DNA of 64,000 bases from the IMG/VR virus record IMGVR_UViG_3300043446_003193, positions 1-64,000 of that record. One strand, given 5' to 3'. The first letter of the stretch is position 1; each line of letters opens with the position of its first letter. Origin of the DNA: a virus. Under the pieces are notes generated by a model that saw nothing but the letters and a program-made list of their open reading frames with translations, was not told the origin of the DNA and made no database searches. This document shows positions 9,581-18,054 of the stretch, piece after piece. Both the position numbers and the translations under genes were made by a program.

Positions 9581-9898
9581 TTATTCAGTTTCATTTGAAA
9601 TTATATCACCATATTGTTTTGCACCTTTTGGATTTCTTTCCAAGAAAATTTCATAAGCAATCTCATGTCTATTTAACTCAACTTTCAAAGGCCACATTTC
9701 TGTTTCCAACGAGTCAATCTTATGTTGTAATGAGTCAATCGTTTGAGCTTTAGAAATGTCACCACTACCTAAAACTTCAATCTTTTGTTCAGATCTTAAC
9801 TTACTTAATTCCTTTTGCTGTAAATAGCAAATTAACAATACGGATACTGCACCAGTTCCTACAATTGCTTTCTGATATTTTGCGATAAATTCTTTCAT
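9581..9898 (-). CDS. hypothetical membrane-anchored coiled-coil protein (start at internal MKEFIAKYQ)
   Basis: ORF 9581..10006 trimmed to avoid overlap with 9921..10127; TM AIVGTGAVSVLLICYL. Confidence 0.45.
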   Translation of the reverse strand: MKEFIAKYQKAIVGTGAVSVLLICYLQQKELSKLRSEQKIEVLGSGDISKAQTIDSLQHKIDSLETEMWPLKVELNRHEIAYEIFLERNPKGAKQYGDIISNETE

Positions 9899-9920
9899 AA
9901 CTTTTTCTTTTATATAAATA

Positions 9921-10127
9921 TTAAAAATCTCCTTCGTAATGAGCATTTTCTTCATCATACTCATCCCATAAATCCCTACCCGAAGCAGTGTGAACAAAAT
10001 CGTCACCTAAAAAATCTTCACCCTTATAATTTGGGTGATTTTCTTTCATATAATCAATTCCTCTTACCCACGACCAAGAGATAAGAGCGGTAACAATAAA
10101 CATAACTAAAAAAACAACAAACAACAT
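9921..10127 (-). CDS. small membrane protein (68 aa)
   Basis: N-terminal TM helix MLFVVFLVMFIVTALISW. Confidence 0.4.
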   Translation of the reverse strand: MLFVVFLVMFIVTALISWSWVRGIDYMKENHPNYKGEDFLGDDFVHTASGRDLWDEYDEENAHYEGDF

Positions 10128-10158
10128 AAAAATATATAATAAAGGGTTAATAATCCTT

Positions 10159-10671
10159 TTAATCCCACCAGCCTCTCATTCCACGATTTTTGTTACCTTT
10201 GAAAATCTTCCACAATTCTTTCCAATTGGACTCTTCTATTTCATGTGCCCTTTTGAATACTTTTGCATTGTGTTCTCTTTCTTCTGGCGTATCATCTCTA
10301 TCCCAGTCAGTATTTTTTAACTCACCTAACTCTAATTCTGCTTGGTTTATATAATCCGCTTCTCTAAGGTTATCAATCAATTGAATTGCTCGTTTGATAT
10401 CATTTACCTTTTTCATTCTACTATCCTCAACTTCCCAACCATAAAATTCTAGAGTGTGAGCAAGTTTAGTCAAAGAACGTCTTAACATCGCCAACGAGTA
10501 TGAATAATCCCAACTACGATGCTCCCATAATTCTTTTCTAAAATACCAAATGTTCTCAAAGAAATAAGGTATTTTATATCTAAACAATTCGTAAGTTTTA
10601 TACCACCAAGTTTGGTGTCTACTCATTGTTTTTAAACTTTCCCAGAAACTATCTGCAAATTCTACTTTCAT
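10159..10671 (-). CDS. hypothetical protein (170 aa)
   Basis: ORF track. Confidence 0.5.
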   Translation of the reverse strand: MKVEFADSFWESLKTMSRHQTWWYKTYELFRYKIPYFFENIWYFRKELWEHRSWDYSYSLAMLRRSLTKLAHTLEFYGWEVEDSRMKKVNDIKRAIQLIDNLREADYINQAELELGELKNTDWDRDDTPEEREHNAKVFKRAHEIEESNWKELWKIFKGNKNRGMRGWWD

Positions 10672-10853
10672 AACTATTGAGTTTTATTTTTTTTCTTAAA
10701 TAAGTCCGAAAATTTCTTCTCTTTTTTAATCGTGACCCAGCTGCCATCAGGTTTTTGTTCTAAAAGTGGAGCTTTCCAGATTTCAAAGCACATCCATAAT
10801 GTGCTTAATGTGATTATAATTCCTATAATTGTTGTTGCTGTATACATAAAATT

Positions 10854-11333
10854 TTATTTATACTTTTTCATTAAATTCCATCTATTGTGTCTTTCTTCTT
10901 CACTTAACTCCTGTGTAAAAGTGTGTTCAATATCTACTTTGACACATACTTCTGGTAATTTACAATTTTTAAGGTAATTGTTTATATATCCAATAATATT
11001 TGCCGCTCCTATCGGATTTGCAGAATGAACATATATTGTTGGTAGTGGTATTCCACTATTCATTGATTCTGCTACTAAAAATCTTGCACAATCCATTCCT
11101 GTTTTTTCAGGTATACGATTGTAGTCCAATTCGTAGTTTTGTTTTGTGTGAGTATAGTATTCAATCAATGCTCCCTCACCCAAATCATGATCCAAACTGA
11201 TTACTTCATATGCACCCAATCCTTTTAATTTGATATGTGATACAAACTCATCATAGTTTCTTACTACTTCCCAATTATCAGTTTTTGGTATTCGGACATC
11301 ATCTAAATATAACCATATTTTATCTTTTCTCAT
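10854..11333 (-). CDS. hypothetical protein, possibly a receiver-like alpha/beta domain
   Basis: LYLDDVR ... SLDHDLG ... VHSANP pattern resembles the acidic pocket of REC/Toprim-like folds; speculative. Confidence 0.45.
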   Translation of the reverse strand: MRKDKIWLYLDDVRIPKTDNWEVVRNYDEFVSHIKLKGLGAYEVISLDHDLGEGALIEYYTHTKQNYELDYNRIPEKTGMDCARFLVAESMNSGIPLPTIYVHSANPIGAANIIGYINNYLKNCKLPEVCVKVDIEHTFTQELSEEERHNRWNLMKKYK

Positions 11334-12108
11334 TATCTATAAATTCTAATTGTCTACTAATAAAATCATAATCAAAGGTAATTGGTTCATTATATACTTC
11401 ATATCTTAAATTACAAGAGCATCCATTAAACGCATAACAATCTCCCCAACTATCTTTATAAGGTATAGTTCCATACCCATACGCTTCGTGAATATGTCCG
11501 CTGAAATGTAAGTGTGGTTTTATTTCATGTATTCTATGATACAAGTCAGCACAACCTACATTTTGGTTTGTATTTGCAGCTCTATCACAATATCCATAAA
11601 TAGGTCCGTGTGTAATTACAATATCAGTATCATCTGGTATACCATTCCACACTTCGTTTATAGCATGCCCTCTATCTTTATTGAAAGCCCAACCATACCC
11701 AAATGAAGGTGTAATTGGAGACCCCCAAATTTTAATGTTATCTAAAGTAACAAAACTATTTTCTAAATAAAAAACATTTGGATTTAAACCACTTTCTAAT
11801 AAAAGACACAACCATTCTGGTTTACCTATAACAGGTGGTTCAAAATATTGTTTTCTATCAAAGTGGACAGATTTATCTCTATACAAAACTTCGGAATCAA
11901 ATATCGTATCGTGATTTCCTGCTATGAATATTTTGTACATGTAATTATCAATATCATTAAACCATTTAATGAAATCCTTAACTTCATGTTCTCTACCTAT
12001 TGATGAAATATCTCCACTATGAATGAGAATATCACCACCTGGCAACTTTCCATTTAGTTGCTTATGTTTATTGTGTGTATCGCTAATGTGCGTTATTCTC
12101 ATTTTCAT
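11320..12108 (-). CDS. calcineurin-like metallophosphoesterase
   Basis: Motifs HISDTH, GD (ILIHSGDIS), GNHD, GHIH. Confidence 0.75.
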   Translation of the reverse strand: MKMRITHISDTHNKHKQLNGKLPGGDILIHSGDISSIGREHEVKDFIKWFNDIDNYMYKIFIAGNHDTIFDSEVLYRDKSVHFDRKQYFEPPVIGKPEWLCLLLESGLNPNVFYLENSFVTLDNIKIWGSPITPSFGYGWAFNKDRGHAINEVWNGIPDDTDIVITHGPIYGYCDRAANTNQNVGCADLYHRIHEIKPHLHFSGHIHEAYGYGTIPYKDSWGDCYAFNGCSCNLRYEVYNEPITFDYDFISRQLEFIDNEKR

Positions 12109-12111
12109 AAC

Positions 12112-12432
12112 TTATTTTTTTAAATAATGTATTATATCTTTAATCTTATTTATATCTTTTGGATTAATAATAAACTCATCAAATGCACCATACATGCATT
12201 GATAACCAAAAATGTATTTAATTCCATATTTCAATCTTTGCCAAAATGGTCTTTTATTCAAATGAGTATGAATATAAACCATAGGGTATTTTGTACCATC
12301 TGGATATTCATCTTCGGAATAGTGAACAACCATTTGGTGTTCGGTTGAATGACAATCACATATTAAGATATCATGTGATTCATAAGGGGTTTTCTTTTCT
12401 CTAAAATTCTTTTTTTGTTTCTCTGATGACAT
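12112..12432 (-). CDS. hypothetical protein (106 aa)
   Basis: ORF track. Confidence 0.5.
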   Translation of the reverse strand: MSSEKQKKNFREKKTPYESHDILICDCHSTEHQMVVHYSEDEYPDGTKYPMVYIHTHLNKRPFWQRLKYGIKYIFGYQCMYGAFDEFIINPKDINKIKDIIHYLKK

Positions 12433-12675
12433 CCGATACTGATTTTTCTGGGCTTTCTTTCATATGTCTAATAGCCCTGATTATAAACTCTGCTAATTTA
12501 TCTTTCTTTTCCAATTTTTTAATCAACTCATTTAATGTGATTAAATCTTCATAGAATTTTCCCATATAGTTGTTTTCTATTAGATATTAAAGATACGAAA
12601 AAAACCCCAAATTACCAAAACTATTTTTAGTAACATTGGGGTCAATGACTTACATATATTATTTTTTTATATATG

Positions 12676-13305
12676 TTATGCTATCTTTGGAAATAAGATA
12701 TTTTCCATAAAGTATTTAGCTCTTTCTTCGCCTAATTTTGCCTTCAATACATTATAAGTTCTTTCGTTCTTTTGTTGGTTTTCACAATATCGGTTTTGAG
12801 CTGCTATAATATATTCAGTTCTACTTGCTTTTGGTTCTGCGTTTACTAAAATATCCATATATGCTGTAAAATTCTCAATAACTACTTCACTTAATTTATC
12901 CATTTCACTATCATTTGGTATAATTGCTAATGGTGTTGGTGAAAATATAATCTTTGCCCAATCAGGTAATGGATATTCTTTTTCAAATTTATGTGTTATT
13001 CTCATACCCAAAGAATTATCAACAGGCGACCAATCTAAAAATGCTGCCAATGGTTTCTTATCGGTAGTAATAATATCAAATCCAAAAATAGGAGTTTGGT
13101 ATATTGCATCTGGGAAACATGTAAAGTGTAATACTTCTAAATTATTATCACTATATCTTTCAATATGCGCAACTCTAAATTTATTACCTACATATCTTTT
13201 ATTCTTCCACCCAAAATCATCAGTATGTATTTCTATGCCATCATTTTCTTGTATCAAGACATGTAATTGACTTGCTATATTATCCAGTATTTTTTTGTAA
13301 CTCAT
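12676..13305 (-). CDS. hypothetical protein (209 aa)
   Basis: ORF track. Confidence 0.5.
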   Translation of the reverse strand: MSYKKILDNIASQLHVLIQENDGIEIHTDDFGWKNKRYVGNKFRVAHIERYSDNNLEVLHFTCFPDAIYQTPIFGFDIITTDKKPLAAFLDWSPVDNSLGMRITHKFEKEYPLPDWAKIIFSPTPLAIIPNDSEMDKLSEVVIENFTAYMDILVNAEPKASRTEYIIAAQNRYCENQQKNERTYNVLKAKLGEERAKYFMENILFPKIA

Positions 13306-13789
13306 CTAATATGTTTATAATGTAATTAAATCCCTTATTAACTTCATCAGCCCATTCATCTTTTTGAATACTTCTTATACTACCAATCAATTCCATCATA
13401 TCACCATCAAACTCATACATCTTACCACTACCTGGAACTTTTGATTTCATCATTTGTCCACCAAACATAATTGCTAAATAGTTTAAGTAGATATGCGCAT
13501 TTAATTCATTTTGATTTAAATCACCTAAATAAACAAAATAATCTGTTGTTGATTTTAATATTGGAAATTTATATCCACCCAATTCGTTTATATCTTCCTG
13601 AATTTTAGATAGTCTTTTCAAACTATCATGTGGTAAATTTCTATTTTCTATTTCTTGGAAAATGTAAGATTGTTGAATTAGATAGTTTAAGTATTCATCA
13701 TTACTCAATTTACCCGCAAACATTCTTTGATTAAAATCCATCTTTTCTGCCTTACTATGTAATTCGGCAGTTGCTTCTCTTAAATTCAT
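13280..13789 (-). CDS. hypothetical protein (169 aa)
   Basis: ORF track. Confidence 0.5.
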   Translation of the reverse strand: MNLREATAELHSKAEKMDFNQRMFAGKLSNDEYLNYLIQQSYIFQEIENRNLPHDSLKRLSKIQEDINELGGYKFPILKSTTDYFVYLGDLNQNELNAHIYLNYLAIMFGGQMMKSKVPGSGKMYEFDGDMMELIGSIRSIQKDEWADEVNKGFNYIINILDELQKNTG

Positions 13790-13802
13790 ATTTTTAATTT
13801 TG

Positions 13803-13959
13803 CTGAAAGGGAAGGAGTTGAACCTTCAAAGGGAGATTCGGAAAGTAACACAATGCTTGCAAGCTGGTGGTCAACCCCATATTACTTTTCTATTTCTTTA
13901 TCCCCGCCCACGAGACGAGTGGGTGTGTCTGCCGTGCTTAAGCTTTTCACCACCTTTCA
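13803..13959 (-). ncRNA. aberrant ~157 nt tRNA-like element: acceptor pairing TGAAAGG/CCTTTCA and T-arm GAAGG-TTCAACT-CCTTC, oversized body
   Basis: rc ends ...GAAGGTTCAACTCCTTCCCTTTCAGCA with matching TGAAAGG at the 5' side; internal hairpin CCCACTCGTCTCGTGGG; no canonical anticodon arm found by eye. Confidence 0.3.
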
Positions 13960-13965
13960 ATTTTG

Positions 13966-14053
13966 CGGAGAGTCAGGGATTTGAACCCCAGATACCTTTC
14001 GGGTATGCCAATTTTCAAGATTGGTGCGATAAACCAGACTCTGCCAACTCTCC
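13966..14053 (-). tRNA. tRNA-Ser(TGA), class II with long variable arm
   Basis: rc: GGAGAGT...CACCAATCTTGAAAATTGG...GGGGTTCAAATCCCTGACTCTCCG; anticodon loop CTTGAAA. Confidence 0.8.
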
Positions 14054-14058
14054 TAATA

Positions 14059-14328
14059 CTAATAGATATGTGTTTCTTCGTTTCTGAAGTCTTTCGTATC
14101 TATTTCCATTTTATTTTGTCTTATTCTAGCTTCTTCTGCTCTTTTGACCATTCTTATCCAAGTTATAGATGCGTCAACAGGTGCCAAAACCCATGCCATC
14201 ATTAATACCATAATGGCATCTAATTCAGGAGATTGCCCAGTTGGATCAGGAGAATATCGTTTCTTATAAGTTTTAAATAACTGATAAAAACAATAAATAA
14301 CACAAAGTACATAATAAGTAACTAACAT
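14059..14328 (-). CDS. small membrane protein (89 aa)
   Basis: ORF track; hydrophobic N-terminus. Confidence 0.4.
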   Translation of the reverse strand: MLVTYYVLCVIYCFYQLFKTYKKRYSPDPTGQSPELDAIMVLMMAWVLAPVDASITWIRMVKRAEEARIRQNKMEIDTKDFRNEETHIY

Positions 14329-14560
14329 AACTTTTATTTTTATTTTTAAAATGAGTTTGTGAGGAATGAATCCAATTAAAAAAGGTTATCCAAATTTCAA
14401 AGAGGTTTGAGTTTATTGAAATAGCTGACAAGAGACCCTAATATTATTGAAGTTTGTTAATAATTCATTTATCTTATTCGTTCATCCGCTTGGTTGCTCA
14501 CAAGTAGTATTGCAAGAATAAACTAATCAATCAGTTTCAAACCCCACTCACTCAATATTT

Positions 14561-14989
14561 TTATATTTGTGTGTTTGCATTGTGAATATCCAATTCGTTT
14601 TGCAACTCTTCAATTCTTTCACTTAACACATCCACTTTGTTTTGAATATCCACCACATTCAATTCCACTTCTTTTACCGAAATAACACTTCCATATCTTT
14701 CAGCCACTTTACCTTCTTCGGTTGGAACTTTCTTTAATTCCTTTACCAATCCTTTCAATTCTGCTAATTCAAATATTTTAGCATATACCGGTTGATTTGC
14801 TTTATGGATTTTTGCTTTCAACTCAACTAACTCCAATTGAATCGTTTCAATTACCGTCAATGTAACGGACATTGAATATCTACGTGGGTTTCCTTCTTCA
14901 ATTGAGTTATACTTTTTCAAAATCTCATATTGAGCTTTCAAATCAGTAACCAATTTGTTTTTTTGTTTTAATGCTTGTTTTACATTCAT
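14561..14989 (-). CDS. coiled-coil protein (142 aa)
   Basis: Heptad-rich K/E/L sequence; promoter motif at 15011..15055 upstream. Confidence 0.5.
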   Translation of the reverse strand: MNVKQALKQKNKLVTDLKAQYEILKKYNSIEEGNPRRYSMSVTLTVIETIQLELVELKAKIHKANQPVYAKIFELAELKGLVKELKKVPTEEGKVAERYGSVISVKEVELNVVDIQNKVDVLSERIEELQNELDIHNANTQI

Positions 14990-15010
14990 TTTTTTAGGTT
15001 TTAATATTTT

Positions 15011-15055
15011 AAATATACAAATAATTTTTCAAATTACCAAATAAAAATAAGCAGG
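15011..15055 (-). promoter_or_regulatory. promoter: TTTG, 20 nt spacer, TATATTTA
   Basis: rc reads TTTGGTAATTTGAAAAATTATTTGTATATTTA about 25 nt upstream of the ATG at 14989. Confidence 0.5.
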
Positions 15056-15132
15056 TGTGGAGTCACCTACTTATTTTAGTGAATGAGAAACATCTGAATC
15101 TCTTTGTGGCTGTATCACCAAAGCCCATTCGG

Positions 15133-15239
15133 TGCCAGAGGAGGGTCTGGTTACCCACACGGTGTCCATTTCGGATTCACCACCCACCTAGGAAGGGAAC
15201 GTCTAATAGTTGTACACACTATCATTCCGCCACTCTGGC
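15133..15239 (-). ncRNA. degenerate tRNA-like element: 5' GCCAGAGTGGCGGAATGATAG..., 3' ...CCTCTGGCA, aberrant interior
   Basis: The 5' end resembles a class II tRNA acceptor/D-arm and the 3' CTCTGGC pairs with it, but no canonical anticodon or T arm is found. Confidence 0.3.
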
Positions 15240-15243
15240 ATAT

Positions 15244-15331
15244 GTGCCCCGAGCAGGATTTGAACCTGCACCCGTATTTTCGCCGGACAGCATTTTAAGT
15301 GCTGCGAGTCTACCAATTTCTCCATCGGGGC
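15244..15331 (-). tRNA. tRNA-Leu(TAA), class II
   Basis: rc: GCCCCGATGGAGAAATTGGTAGACTCGCAGCACTTAAAATGCTGTCCGGCGAAAATACGGGTGCAGGTTCAAATCCTGCTCGGGGCA. Confidence 0.85.
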
Positions 15332-15336
15332 AAACT

Positions 15337-15777
15337 CTATTTTATATTTCTCGCTCTATATGTGTTAGTTTGCGAATGACAATTAGGACAAATTATTCTT
15401 AAATTTTCTAATCTATGATTTGTTCTATCACCATCAATATGGTCTAATTCAAATGAAACTGGTTTATTGTTCCATTTTAGTATACCACACACTTCACATT
15501 TTTCCTGTTTAATACTTTCTTTAATCAATCTAATTCTTAATTTATTAGTTTGATATTGTGGATGTTTTCCATCTAGTATTTCAGAAAGAGCTATTTTATC
15601 AAATCCATCTTTTTTTGGTTTTTTTATTCCTTTTCCAGATTGATTTATTTTATAACATCCCAATTTAACAGCTCTATTTTTTAGAGTATTAAAATGAATA
15701 CCAAGTTCAGCTGCAGCTTTTGCCATTGAAATTGATTTTTTACACATTTTAATTATTTCATCATCATTTACTTTCAT
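15337..15777 (-). CDS. HNH homing-type endonuclease with N-terminal HTH
   Basis: HNH core ELDHIDGDRTNHRLENLRIICPNCH; HTH AAAELGIHFNTLKNRAVKLG; start trimmed to MKVNDDEII. Confidence 0.75.
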   Translation of the reverse strand: MKVNDDEIIKMCKKSISMAKAAAELGIHFNTLKNRAVKLGCYKINQSGKGIKKPKKDGFDKIALSEILDGKHPQYQTNKLRIRLIKESIKQEKCEVCGILKWNNKPVSFELDHIDGDRTNHRLENLRIICPNCHSQTNTYRARNIK

Positions 15778-15818
15778 ATTGATTTTAATAATAAGTATAT
15801 GACATGATAGAAAAACAA

Positions 15819-16383
15819 TCAATTGTGTATAACTATCTCAATTGGTTTTCCCAAATAATCAATATCACATTCAGTCCAAAGTTGTTCTGACATAGATATT
15901 GAAATTTTTGCAGAATATGGTAGATTATTATTCTTACCTACCCAACCGGTTAGTTTTCCTTTTTTAGAAAATGTTTCAATCCAATTTAATTTTGAATAAT
16001 CAATTAGTGACGAATCAAACTGAATTAAATAGTATTTTCTAATTCCTTTTTTCCACTCTCCTTTATTCCTACCCAACATTATATATGTATCACAATGTTT
16101 TTTAGAAATAAAATTTATTTTATCTTTTATAGTTTCATGTGAAGTAGTTCTATGACCACTCCAAGTTATACTACCTTTCTTATGATTTATATCCCCACTT
16201 TTGTTTTGATAATTCGTTCCATCTGCTTCCGATACAACATCCGTTCCAACATCATGTCCACCTACATTCCAATTTGAATCCATCCCATTTATACATTGGT
16301 CAAAAATATCTTCCCACAATTCCGCTTTGACAGGAAATCGGTATAACTGATGATGTAACTTTATCTTTTCTTCTATCTTCTTA
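15819..16383 (-). CDS. hypothetical protein (188 aa; start trimmed to MIKKDIV to clear tRNA-Arg)
   Basis: ORF 15819..16436 would overlap tRNA-Arg at 16398; the internal ATG at 16383 avoids this. Confidence 0.5.
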
Positions 16384-16397
16384 ACAATATCTTTCTT

Positions 16398-16471
16398 TAT
16401 CATATATAAACCGTTTGTGATTCGGAATGGATTCAAACCATTGACCCACAGCTTAGAAGGCTGTTGCTCTA
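16398..16471 (-). tRNA. tRNA-Arg(TCT)
   Basis: rc: GGTTCGGTAGCTCAGTTGAATAGAGCAACAGCCTTCTAAGCTGTGGGTCAATGGTTTGAATCCATTCCGAATCA. Confidence 0.8.
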
Positions 16472-16571
16472 TTCAACTGAGCTACCGAACCTAATAAAAC
16501 ACAATCATCTCACAATCTTCAGATGCTAGCGGTTGCCGAGCTAATTGCATATACAACCGAATTGTGTTTTG

Positions 16572-16645
16572 CGGAACGTAGGGGACTTGAACCCCTGGCC
16601 TCTGCCGTGACAGGGCAGCGTTATAACCAACTTAACTAACGTTCC
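16572..16645 (-). tRNA. tRNA-Asp(GTC)
   Basis: rc: GGAACGTTAGTTAAGTTGGTTATAACGCTGCCCTGTCACGGCAGAGGCCAGGGGTTCAAGTCCCCTACGTTCCG. Confidence 0.85.
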
Positions 16646-16704
16646 AATTTGTAGGTGGGACTAACCTACTTCGGTTTTGTACTTCAACCATTTAAGTCCT
16701 TTTG

Positions 16705-16777
16705 AGCCTCCGGTCAGACTTGAACTGACGACCTGCTGATTACAAATCAGCTGCTCTACCAACTGAGCTACAAAGGC
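16705..16777 (-). tRNA. tRNA-Thr(TGT)
   Basis: rc: GCCTTTGTAGCTCAGTTGGTAGAGCAGCTGATTTGTAATCAGCAGGTCGTCAGTTCAAGTCTGACCGGAGGCT. Confidence 0.8.
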
Positions 16778-17001
16778 ATTTAGGAAAGTAGAGGATGGGT
16801 GCGTGGACAACTACTTTTATGATTGGCTTTACTAACCGATAGTAGCGTATTAGATTTTCACTAACTCGTTTTAGCGGGCTACTTTTGTTCCCAATCAACC
16901 TATATGGTCGGTAAGAGGTAGTCACGGCTACTTCTATTCCCTCTTACCTATTCATACACTAACGGCTAAATGTAGCACGACCGAGTGTGATGTATGATGT
17001 G

Positions 17002-17073
17002 TACTCCCAACGGGATTTGAACCCGTGCTACCACTGTGAAAGAGTGGTGACCTAACCCCTAGTCCATGGGAGC
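17002..17073 (-). tRNA. tRNA-Glu(TTC)
   Basis: rc: GCTCCCATGGACTAGGGGTTAGGTCACCACTCTTTCACAGTGGTAGCACGGGTTCAAATCCCGTTGGGAGTA; G1:U72 wobble. Confidence 0.75.
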
Positions 17074-17122
17074 GACTGATAAATCAAATATACAACTAAT
17101 ATTTTACTTTACCAAATATTTG

Positions 17123-17204
17123 TACCCAAAGAGAGATTTGAACTCTCAAGCCTTTCGGCACTGGTTTCTAAGACCAGCGTGTCTGCCAGTTCCACCATTC
17201 GGGT
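17123..17204 (-). tRNA. tRNA-Leu(TAG), class II
   Basis: rc: ACCCGAATGGTGGAACTGGCAGACACGCTGGTCTTAGAAACCAGTGCCGAAAGGCTTGAGAGTTCAAATCTCTCTTTGGGTA. Confidence 0.8.
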
Positions 17205-17209
17205 TGATG

Positions 17210-17298
17210 CGGAAAGTGTAAGATTTGAACTTACGATACAATTTGATTCGTATGGCAGTTTAGCAAACTGCTGGTTTCAGCCACTCACCCAACTTTCC
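17210..17298 (-). tRNA. tRNA-Ser(GCT), class II
   Basis: rc: GGAAAGTTGGGTGAGTGGCTGAAACCAGCAGTTTGCTAAACTGCCATACGAATCAAATTGTATCGTAAGTTCAAATCTTACACTTTCCG. Confidence 0.8.
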
Positions 17299-17381
17299 GA
17301 TTGGGGTGTTAGAACGGTACTGCCCCGTCTTATCTAGCTCCACAAACTAGCGCATCACTTTAATGCTTCAAACACCATTTG

Positions 17382-17451
17382 AGGTTAGTGTTAGAATTGA
17401 ACTAACTCCGTGAGATTTGCAGTTTCACCGGCCGCCACGACCTAACTAACC
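17382..17451 (-). tRNA. tRNA-Cys(GCA) (short D-loop, one A-C mismatch in anticodon stem)
   Basis: rc: GGTTAGTTAGGTCGTGGCGGCCGGTGAAACTGCAAATCTCACGGAGTTAGTTCAATTCTAACACTAACCT; anticodon loop CTGCAAA. Confidence 0.55.
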
Positions 17452-17457
17452 ATTTTG

Positions 17458-17529
17458 TAGCCCCTAAAGGATTTGAACCCTTACTAAAACATCCGTAGTG
17501 TTTCGTGCTGTCCGTTACACCAAAGAGCT
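17458..17529 (-). tRNA. tRNA-Arg(ACG)
   Basis: rc: AGCTCTTTGGTGTAACGGACAGCACGAAACACTACGGATGTTTTAGTAAGGGTTCAAATCCTTTAGGGGCTA. Confidence 0.75.
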
Positions 17530-17534
17530 ATTTG

Positions 17535-17605
17535 CACCCATCGTAGGATTTGAACCCACATCAACGGTTTTGGAGACCGGTATGCTACCATTGCACCAGA
17601 CGGAT
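17535..17605 (-). tRNA. tRNA-Trp(CCA)
   Basis: rc: ATCCGTCTGGTGCAATGGTAGCATACCGGTCTCCAAAACCGTTGATGTGGGTTCAAATCCTACGATGGGTG; two G-U pairs in the acceptor stem. Confidence 0.7.
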
Positions 17606-17666
17606 GTATTATATTTTATAGTTTCTATGTCAGTTTTAACCTTACATCATTACTATAAAACATGTG

Positions 17667-17739
17667 TAGGAATAATAGGACTTGAACCTATGACTTTTGA
17701 CGTATCAGATCAACGCTCTACCAACTGAGCTATATTCCT
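17667..17739 (-). tRNA. tRNA-Ile(GAT)
   Basis: rc: AGGAATATAGCTCAGTTGGTAGAGCGTTGATCTGATACGTCAAAAGTCATAGGTTCAAGTCCTATTATTCCTA. Confidence 0.85.
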
Positions 17740-17744
17740 ATTTG

Positions 17745-17818
17745 TTGGGAATGCAGGATTTGAACCTACGGCCTCTTGCTCCCAAAGCAAGCGCGATACC
17801 TGACTACGCTAATTCCCA
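17745..17818 (-). tRNA. tRNA-Pro(TGG)
   Basis: rc: TGGGAATTAGCGTAGTCAGGTATCGCGCTTGCTTTGGGAGCAAGAGGCCGTAGGTTCAAATCCTGCATTCCCAA. Confidence 0.8.
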
Positions 17819-17823
17819 ATATG

Positions 17824-17894
17824 TTGCTCCTCATGGATTTGAACCACAACTAGATGCTCCAAAAACACCTGTGCTACCGTTACACCAAAGAGCA
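17824..17894 (-). tRNA. tRNA-Gln(TTG) (weak T-stem; 5' half paralogous to tRNA-Arg(ACG))
   Basis: rc: TGCTCTTTGGTGTAACGGTAGCACAGGTGTTTTTGGAGCATCTAGTTGTGGTTCAAATCCATGAGGAGCAA; anticodon loop TTTTGGA. Confidence 0.6.
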
Positions 17895-17900
17895 ATTTTG

Positions 17901-17972
17901 AGCGGGTGAGAGGAATCAAACCTCCGTCTCCTACTTGGAAGGAAGGAGTAATAATCATTATACGACACCCGC
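17901..17972 (-). tRNA. tRNA-Gly(TCC) (one mismatch in anticodon stem; T-loop TTTGATT)
   Basis: rc: GCGGGTGTCGTATAATGATTATTACTCCTTCCTTCCAAGTAGGAGACGGAGGTTTGATTCCTCTCACCCGCT; perfect 7 bp acceptor stem; loop CTTCCAA. Confidence 0.6.
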
Positions 17973-17982
17973 TTATGTTTTG

Positions 17983-18054
17983 CGCTTTCCGAGAATTACG
18001 ATATCTCGCCCCCATCGTTAACAGCGATGTGCTCTGCCTCTGAGCTAGGAAAGC
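17983..18054 (-). tRNA. tRNA-Asn(GTT) with atypical 9 nt T-loop
   Basis: rc: GCTTTCCTAGCTCAGAGGCAGAGCACATCGCTGTTAACGATGGGGGCGAGATATCGTAATTCTCGGAAAGCG; the 5' acceptor overlaps the last 3 codons of the HNH gene at 18045..18401. Confidence 0.7.

Noticed and set aside
9425-9598. 57 aa minus-strand small ORF (MKLNNMDVEQFTIIKNLLEEIKELLKEN...) upstream of the terminator-promoter cassette
   Set aside because: Overlaps the 3' end of 9581..9898 by about 18 nt in another frame; no independent support.
13800-15402. Plus-strand ORFs 13800..14087, 13963..14205, 15055..15402, 15104..15298
   Set aside because: They overlap tRNA genes and tRNA-like elements on the opposite strand; GC-rich tRNA DNA lacks stops by chance.
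16472-16571. Inverted repeat AAAACACAAT...ATTGTGTTTT between tRNA-Arg and tRNA-Asp that looked like a possible tRNA
   Set aside because: No D, anticodon or T-arm features in either orientation; more likely a spacer hairpin/processing element.
16778-17001. 224 nt spacer between tRNA-Thr and tRNA-Glu with two strong hairpins (AGTAGC/GCTACT and GGTAAGAGG/CCTCTTACC), considered as a missing tRNA
   Set aside because: No T-loop (TTCRANY) motif present; possibly sRNA or terminator structures, not a tRNA.
16740-18015. ORFs 16740..16925(-), 17498..17728(+), 17697..17909(+), 17809..18015(-)
   Set aside because: Lie entirely within densely packed tRNA genes.
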